Source: Macrostomum lignano
Taxonomy: Eukaryota
NCBI GenBank assembly: GCA_002269645.1
Contig: NIVC01000297.1
Coordinates: 62,001 to 126,000, forward strand
DNA length: 64,000 bases
Direction: 5' to 3'
Of the stretch, positions 55,895-64,000 are shown piece by piece; position 1 is the first letter of the stretch; each line of letters opens with the position of its first letter. A program made the translations under genes and the position numbers. The notes under the pieces were generated by a model. It saw nothing but the letters and a program-made list of their open reading frames with translations, had not been told where the DNA came from and made no database searches.

Positions 55895-55992
55895 CGCCTT
55901 TCTGTTTCTGTTTAGCTTGGGGTTGCGATAGGGGCCTCGCGGCCTGTTCGCGGCGCTCTGCCCCCCGTCGGTAGTAAGTAAGTAAGTAAGTA
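55895..55992 (+). mobile_element. Possible extreme 3' end of an RTE-type LINE with (TAAG)n tail
   Basis: CpG-containing island in AT-rich DNA encoding RGLFAALCP (like the RTE terminal WR..V.ALC) followed by gtaagtaagtaagtaagta. Confidence 0.4.
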
Positions 55993-57752
55993 TATATGAA
56001 TATTAAAAATATCATGCATATTTTATATATTTTATATATTGTCATTTTGTTTTAAATTAAATAGCAAAGGAAATTTTAGCATAAATAGGAAACAGCTAAA
56101 GATTAAACCAAATAAATTGTGATAAGTTTCCTTGTCTTATTCCTTTCTTTCCTTGCCTTTGAGCTTTAAAAGTTAGAAATGGAACTCAATCAGCCTCAGG
56201 GCTTATATCTGCTCATGCTACTTATTTCAAGTAGTAGGTAAGCCTAGTGATTTAGAAGTAGCCCCAAGATTGGAAGAATTTAATCCATTCCTAGAAAACA
56301 AGGTATCTAGATTTAGAATCTAAGAAATTGCCTTTAGGAGGCAGAAATCCTATTATAGGGTAGGCCTAGAGTAATCCTAGGGTCTAAGAAACCCACCTTA
56401 GGATAGAATACCTAGCAAATAAGCTGTGACCTTCTGATCTTGGGAACACCCAGGACTGAGAGAATAAAATTCTTTAGAGGAGTATAAGGATAGACAATAC
56501 CATAAGACCACTCAGGCCAAAAATATAGTATAGGCCTATGTACATACACTACTAGTACACATACACTATAGATACATAGAGAGTAACACAGACAAAAAGA
56601 GATCTAGTTAGACTGTGTGGACGCATTAGCAGAACAACTGAGAGGGGCAAGTCATGGCAAACTAGGAGCTGAGCCTAATGGCCTACAAGTCAATTAGAAA
56701 TGTATCATTTAGTGTTACACTTTGGCTTTGGCCACAGCACAAGCGCTCAGTAGGCTGATGCAGGAGAGCCAGCACCAGAAGATTTTACTTGCCGCAGCTG
56801 TGGCTTCTTAGGTAGTGGCCAAGTAATATCTAACAGTGTTTATGGATAGTGCAGCTAAGCAAAGGAATACCAGCACAAGTCATTAGCCATTAGGTCCTTA
56901 GTTGGCTTAATATCAAGGTAGTGTATGCTTTGTCTGTTGATGGTTGCCGAGTAAAGAATAAATGCGGAATTCCAAATGGCAACTCTGACATTATGTCCAG
57001 TTTCATTCATCTAGGCCAATGACCTTATCCCAGTGAATGGCTATCTATGGCAGCGCTACTCTAGATAAATATATGCATTGCCAATAGATAAACTTGGAGG
57101 CCTAGTAACTGGTATTATAATAAAATCAATGGGAAAAGATTACTATTAGGCCTAATTACATTATATTTTTGGTGAGGGCCTAGCCTAATTTAATTTAAGC
57201 CTTTTAATCACTAGGCCCTTGCTTAAAATATATAATTATAATTGAGACAAGCCTAGCCCTAGACCAATCTTAAAGTTGTCAAAGCTTTACAAAATTGACA
57301 AAATAAAAACTTTATATTTTGTATAAAAATGTACATTGTCATTAGGCCTAGACATTATTGTAGGCTATAATGTGTATCAATAATACTATTATGTTTCAAT
57401 TTTAATCTAGCATTTGAAATTTTGCAGCACTGATAACTAAGCAACATTATTGGCTTAAATGTTAAGCAATGCTTGTTTTGTTAAGTGTCAGTCATAGGTC
57501 AGGAACACAATGGCATATCAGGCTTTTAAGGCCATTTATATTATCGAAATATCACATATTTAATACTATAGTGTGGATCACATCAAATCTTATCAAAACC
57601 AAGCCTTAGGGGGGCTAGTGACAGGGTCATCTATATTTATAGTCGATAACCTTTTTAGTACAGTGGATAGAGGCTTTTTAGTGGATTAGTGTACTAATAA
57701 TACTAGTGCTAGTGGTCGTGGATCGTAGTGGATTTTTAGTTTGAAGCTTCGC

Positions 57753-57877
57753 TGCGCATTATAAATTCTTTCATAGAAAACGGAATTCTAACCCGTATTC
57801 TATAACACGGTAACATGTTACAGCTCAATAGACATCGGGAGTTTTTCATGTTATATTGCCGATGTTTATGGAAAACA
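57753..57877 (-). repeat. About 125-bp dispersed repeat; inverted partner of 43261-43384
   Basis: See partner. Confidence 0.8.
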
Positions 57878-59410
57878 TAGGTGTATTGAAATAGTGACCG
57901 ATCCTGCTCAAATGATCAGATTACAGAAGGTTGCATGTGTGGCAGGCGGGGTAAATCTCAGATTGAAATGTACGTAAGTTATAAACAAATTTTTTCTTAC
58001 ATCATGAATTTCATTGTTAAATTAGAAGCAATTGTACATGAATTTAACTTTCGTTAATAAAAAACTGATTAAAAAAAATTTTTTTAAACTTTAAGTCAGA
58101 GTTTATGTTTTTTTGTGGCGATAGCGACCAAAAACGTATTTTTCTGACTTGTATCTTAAGTACGTTTTTTTGTTTCATAATGTTTTTTGTGCACGTGTAA
58201 TATATTTGTCTATGGGAAAATGACTGAAAATATTGGGGAAAACCTTCATCTGTGAGCTTGTGGATGTTTTACCGCTGTGTTTTCAATATTTATGAACTTA
58301 TTTGGCCCTGTCTCGATTGCATGATATTTGTCTACTGTTAAAAAATTCCTGTAAGGTGTAAGTTTTCTGATAAACAACGCCAACCATTATGATCTTCAGT
58401 GATTCATTCTTTTAGATACATTTTAAATATTGTTATTCCATTTTATCTGCGACTGTCAATGCACTGTTACTTACTTATGCCTATTGATGTTACATTTAGA
58501 CTTTTTTCATAAGCACAAAATTTCCTGTAAGGTGTAAGTTTACTCAGCTCATAAGCATGTAAATGTTCCCAAATCTTCTAATTATGTAGAAAAATACTAA
58601 ACAAAGAGTAGTTTTTCATTGCATGTTCTTGTGATTTTACTAAAGAAGTATAGACCTTATTAAGTTCATTATATTGGGTTTTAACCATTTATAGCCAAGT
58701 AGCATACTTAAGTAAGCAGTTTTGTTTATGTTTGTGTGAAAATCTGTGATGATTCACTTCTAATGATATTCACTTTTGATCTTATGAGTATATCTTGAGC
58801 TCTAACGCTCAGTAATCCACAGAATAACTCTAATTTATTCCTGCCAATCTATTTAGTATGTTCCTCTAATATCACCATATTTGAATGCTGTTTTGGCTAG
58901 CAAAAGCAAAGGACAATAGGTACGGCAGGAACCCTTAGAAATAGATCATATGCTTAGGTCAAAGTAAAAAGAATGCTGGTATTATATATTTTAATTGTAT
59001 TTAATGACCCCTTAGAAAGCCTTTTTAATTAAGAAGCATATCTAATGCTAGATCCGAAGGAGCAGCGTAATTCGTTGTACGAGTATGTTAAGTTCATTAC
59101 AAGTAACACTAGCATAGTCTATCTACTTCTATTTGTATTTATTTCTATGTGTAGCAGTATATGTTTACCTTGCAATCTGAATGCTATATATATTATTCTA
59201 TTTAGTCATTTTCAATTGTACTCTGCTATCTTGGTGTTTACATGCAAAAATAGAAAGTGAGAGTCTATCTGCCTATTTGTAAATTTTGGCAATTTTTAAT
59301 GTTGACATTCTTAAAATTACTACACTTACTACATTTTTAAATTGATACCAGATACCATGAAGATGATTACAACTCATTCTCATATGGTTTCTGAGATACA
59401 CAAATTGACT

Positions 59411-60177
59411 TCAAAATTCAGCTGCTGCAGCACCTGCTCTTTGAGCTGAGCTGTAAATGTCATTCAATATACACAACCAATTTTGACAACTCGTTGCTTT
59501 CTCGTCGATAGCGTCGAGAAAGTTGTTGGGCAACGATGACTTGTTGCCAGCTTCCTGACTGTCATCGAGATGATGCGGCACCCATCGAACAGTGACGTAC
59601 TGCAGCCACAGGTCCTCTATGAGAGTTTTGTGGATGCTGGATGAAGGAATTTTACTGAGTTCCGCCATTTCTTTGCATGTCCATCGCGGATCGATTTCCA
59701 GCAGACCACGGATGAGTTTGATGCTGCTCTCGGTCCGCACTTTCCGGGGTCTCCCAGATCTTGGCTCATTCAGAGTCGAAGTGCAGCCATCTCTTGAAGC
59801 GATCATACCTCTTGTACACATTGCGCTGGCAAAGTTCATCCTTGCTGTACGCGTCTACAAGCTGTAGGTGACTTGTGTAGCTGGCATTCCTCGCAGCCAT
59901 TCAGATTTAATTTACCACCGCTGCTCTTCCTGCGGTTCATCTCCCATAACCGCGACGTCGGCCGAAGAGGGAAAGCAATGGTGATGACAATCGCGGTGGG
60001 GTTATAATAATACGAGCTAAGAAAGGAGAAAGGTGCAAATACGAGCTAGATAGCTCAAGTGCGCAGGAAACGACTGCTGCTGGTCGCAGGACAGCTGTGG
60101 TAACAGCTGCAGCGACTAGAGCGATGTCTGTGGTAGAAATGGATCGATTGCACGAACTTTTGAGACGCCCCTTGTAA
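59411..60177 (-). mobile_element. Truncated mariner element: one terminal inverted repeat plus decayed N-terminal transposase
   Basis: NEPRSGRP and RWVPHHL motifs; TIR-like end gcacgaactttttgagacgccccttg-TA at about 60150-60177; DD34D domain and second TIR not seen. Confidence 0.85.
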
Positions 60178-62347
60178 TTTTTTGTACCCAGCTGTCGATA
60201 CTTAAGGTTCTGGGTTTTCCCACGGGGATAGAGTAGTCAAGTGGTTACTTTACTTTATACTACTGATGGGAGGCACGTACAGGAGCCGCGAAAAGGGACA
60301 GGACAAAACATATATATATGTTTTAGTTCCCAGTTTTGCTTTAGTATTGCTTTGCCATTTCCATTTTTCCTATAGTTTTCAGTGCCATATCTGCTTTGCA
60401 TAGTATTTTCCAATCTGCAAGTTTTTCTGTTTTTTAGAAAAAGTAGAAATTAAATGGGGAATATACAATAATTCTACAGACAATATATTTGATCGGTGAT
60501 GGGAACCTTAATCAAAAGTTCAAAAGGAAAATTTGTAAAAATTTTCAAGTTCTAGCAATTTCAATTTGCAGGTTTCGATCGCCATATTAAATTTCAGTAA
60601 AGATAAATAACCCAGTTGAAATCGTTTCTTTGCCATCAATAATAAATTCCGTCCGTTATCAGTCCGTCAACGGTATGTGTTTTCGATATATATTAAAAAT
60701 GGTTTAAGTACCGTGTATTCCGATTATATTATAAATCAGGCAGATTCATAGCACGTTAAATTTAGTAACTATAAACAGTTTCAATTTATAACAAAATGTT
60801 ACTCAAAAACAAAAAAGATTTTAATGAATACTACTAACCAGTAGAAAGATGACTCTAACAAAACAAAAATTACAATTTTGTGAGTTAAATAAACAAACTG
60901 TTTGTCTTCGGTATTAATCGTTGTCAAAATACCCTTCGAAAAAACAAACAGCATTCTTTCTTGAAATTCAGGGTTACTTGTGGTTTTAAGTAGAAAAATT
61001 AATATATTATTCTTTTATCTTTAGATGTAAAGCATTATTTTCCATGCCACTGAACTTTTATTTTTTGTCAATTTTTTTACTTCTGTGTTTGAGATTTACC
61101 CGGCGGGTTGCCACAAAACTTTGAATCTAAATTTCTCATAAAGTTCGAATAAAGTTCAAATTTAATCTGACGCCCAATTTCCGGAATTTTTGTCTCCAAC
61201 GGTTGTACCTCTAAACTTTTCCCATGTGCTGCTCTTGTTTTCCCTTTTGTTGTCCCTCTTGTTTGCCCCGCCGTTGGATCCATTTTTCCCCCGTTTGGAA
61301 CTTTTAATTTTTCTGCTTGATGCTGTGTTAAGAGTTTTGCCCTCCATGAATTGTCCACTTGTTCGCCCACTCAGTCGTCCAGCAATCTGCCCCAAGCCCC
61401 GCCCCAGGTTTGAATTAATATTTTTATCTATTTAAGTGATGGTCCTGCTGTGACTGTTTAATTTCGGTTAACCTCTTTTGTTAGTTCCGGTTTTAGTCTT
61501 GTGCGATTTCATTACGTTTTCTGCTGCTTCGACATCCGCCGTCGTCGATAATTCTCGTTCGCTCGATAACAACTTAATAATTACTACGCCTGCTAGCGCC
61601 TAATATTTTGTTAAATAATAATAATAAATAATAACGACAGCAGTTAATTCGTTCGGTCTAATTGTCTAAGCCATAGCTTATCTTAAGTCATTTGCCCGTG
61701 GGGCATAAAACAACCAAAGTTCTCATCTCACGAAAGCTCTGAGACTTTGCATCCGTTCCGTAATACGTAAATTACGGTGGTGGCAGCAACTACCCTACTG
61801 AGAGTAATAAGCTCAGCACTCGAAGCATTAATCTACGGTGTTTCATCGTTTTGAACGACCGCGCCGCTACACGACCGCTTTGCTACCCGCTACGATTGCG
61901 ACTACCCTCCCCCCGGACTTGAGAACCCGGCAGTCGGAGTAAAACAGGAGAAAGAAATTTCGTTGTGATTCGTCTGCGCGATTTTCCGGCTTCATTCGCG
62001 CGAACGCAACGCTACTGGTTTCGAAGAAAAACCCCCAACTTTCCAAATCCAAATTTCTATTTTCTTTCTCCACCCCCACCTCACATGTTTAGTGAGTTGG
62101 AACACTGCACATATAACAAAATTAGTGTAGGCTTCAAGTGCACTTCTTATAATATTTTAAAGCATTTTCTTATAAGGGTAGTCTAATGAATTTTATGGTG
62201 GAAGCCAAAAATTCTACATGACAAAATTTCTACATTGTTTTGGGAATCGGTGTCAACATTTCATTTTGACGCCGAATGCGCTATGCCTATACATGTATAG
62301 CTAATTGCTATGGCGGCCCAGCTACGCTAGTGGTTTTAGCCTTAACA

Positions 62348-62515
62348 GGGGTTGTAGCCTAGCGGCTGAGCGTCCACGCGGACTCGACTTGAATTGCTAT
62401 ATAGGTCGGAGGTTCGATTCCCGATCCCACTGGAACAATTTGTGTCCTTGAGCAAGACTTCACATTAACTCTGCATTGCTTCATTTCACTCAGCTGTAAA
62501 ATGAGTCCCAGCATC
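62348..62515 (+). mobile_element. Second copy of the tRNA-headed SINE
   Basis: Shares gggttgtagcctag head and ggttcgattcccgatcccactggaacaatttgtgtc.ttgagcaag...cagctgtaaaatg with 51520-51778. Confidence 0.7.
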
Positions 62516-63343
62516 AGTTTGCCGGTGTGGGGGGGGGCAAAAAGTTTTGGCATGTCCATAGCTTTTACTGAGGACATGTCTCCCCTATCCCCGGTGGCGA
62601 CGCCCCCGCTTATATGTATAAAACTTGTCTCAATGTGTATACATATACCTTTGAAAGCACCAAGGACTGCTGGGTGCAATATCAATTGATTTTTGTTCAC
62701 TGAGAGAGTTTGCAAGCTGTTCTTCAGCGGCCACATTGCTCAATTTCTAAAAAAAACCTTGTAATGTAAAATCATTTTCCATTATTGACTATACTGTAAT
62801 TGCTTTATGCGAATATTCATAATTTTCAGTAACAATAAACAAATAATTTATACAGATAACATATGTGATGCATGGCTTCCCAGTGCCAGCACAGCTGAGT
62901 GTACTCGTGGGTAAAAAATTGTATTCTAATGATCATGCAAATGTACATATGCTTTGTGCTTGTGCACTTTTACATAGATTTTTATAGTTATCGTAAAATA
63001 TTGACTGTTGAGGTTGAAGCGCCTCTCTTGCGTTGCTGACCGGATTACAGAATTATTTCTGGTCCTGACTCCTGCTCTCCAGGTAGAAGCAGCACACGAT
63101 CTTGACTGGAAATAAGGATGAAAAATGTTCTGTTTGTTGACATTTATAAAAGTTATTGACTGTGAAAATTGTTACATGCACATGTAAAGCGTTGTGCAAA
63201 GTGTGACATGCGACTTTAAATAAATTATGAGTACCGTCTTAAGGTTAGAAAATACGATCGAGCAGACTTGTACATGTATAGTAGTAGTCTGTAAACACAT
63301 CTAATTTTCTAAAAATACGAATTTCAACAATAGCTTTCAATCT

Positions 63344-64000
63344 TTACCCCGCTCTGTGATGCCGCTGATTTGGAGGCTGCAAACTCGTGTTGAGGGGGTC
63401 TCTTCTACGTGTAGCCGATTCTGGCCTGGTCATTTTCGAAGTCACTATCGCAGTTTGACGATGTCTGCAGCTGGGATCTGCAGCCAACTGTTGCACCTGA
63501 TCACTGGCCGTCCTATCATGGGAATAATGGCCGCTTTGCTGTTCATCTGTCGCTGCGGACCTGCTCTGAGGAGTCCGCAGAGACTCCATGCGAGCTTGCA
63601 CTCGAATTGCGGTGTCCCGCCGCTCCGCGCCGTCCAGCAGCTGGTCGTCGTGAAGTCGCATGTCGCGGCACATTTGCTCCAGTCCCTCGATGGCATCTTT
63701 AGCACCCTCACCACTCTTCATGGCCGCGGCCGTTGCTGCTCGCTCGCGTCGAAGAGCCAGCACCCGCTGAAGTTCCCCGACCTCAACGTTGTCCATGCGA
63801 GGCAGCACGCGTACAGCGTTAGGCGGTAGGTGCGGTCCGCTCGGCAGTTGACTACGCTTCGGTTCGAGAGTCGTTGCTGTCCTGCCGGAGCGCGGGTTGG
63901 TCTGGATCCGAGTTGGGTTGGCGGGACTCTCCGCTGCCGGCCTGGTAGGCTCGCTGGCCAGCAGGTACTCGCCCGATGACTGGCCGCAGCCGCTGTCATC
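63344..64000 (-). CDS. 3' part of an uncharacterised protein running off the window edge (at least 218 aa)
   Basis: Frame open from 64000 (DDSGCGQSSGEYLL...) to the stop at 63344; GC-rich; helical stretch LQRVLALRRER...LEQMCRDMRL. Confidence 0.6.
   Translation of the reverse strand, partial: DDSGCGQSSGEYLLASEPTRPAAESPANPTRIQTNPRSGRTATTLEPKRSQLPSGPHLPPNAVRVLPRMDNVEVGELQRVLALRRERAATAAAMKSGEGAKDAIEGLEQMCRDMRLHDDQLLDGAERRDTAIRVQARMESLRTPQSRSAATDEQQSGHYSHDRTASDQVQQLAADPSCRHRQTAIVTSKMTRPESATRRRDPLNTSLQPPNQRHHRAG

Noticed and set aside
61077-61395. STWEKF motif suggesting a BED zinc finger/hAT transposase
   Set aside because: No Cys/His ligands follow and the frame closes.

Overview
Eukaryotic genomic DNA; no prokaryotic features or CRISPR arrays. 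Very GC3-rich coding exons with minisatellite-filled introns suggest a free-living flatworm such as Macrostomum (inference). Recognisable genes: MEIOC-like (+), a truncated malate-dehydrogenase-like ORF (+), DNAJC28 (+), and a co-oriented minus-strand run of VPS16 (7 exons, 899 aa), SEC11 signal peptidase, an 87-aa membrane microprotein and Lunapark. The 5.5-kb third intron of VPS16 holds three nested ORFs (one a secreted TPM/MOLO-1-like protein) and a decayed IS630/Tc1-like transposase. A Mag-clade Ty3/Gypsy LTR retrotransposon (8697-13437) has near-identical LTRs but a disabled pol and a 255-bp insertion at the PPT/LTR junction. The right third is AT-rich and carries LINE, piggyBac, mariner and SINE remnants, CpG-void blocks rich in TAGGCCTA, and a five-exon gene (55028-53674, 211 aa) that the ORF track only shows in fragments. 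That gene has an HMG-like N-terminus and a GTF2I/TFII-I-like repeat whose last exon is partly duplicated. Family assignments come from remembered motifs, not database searches.
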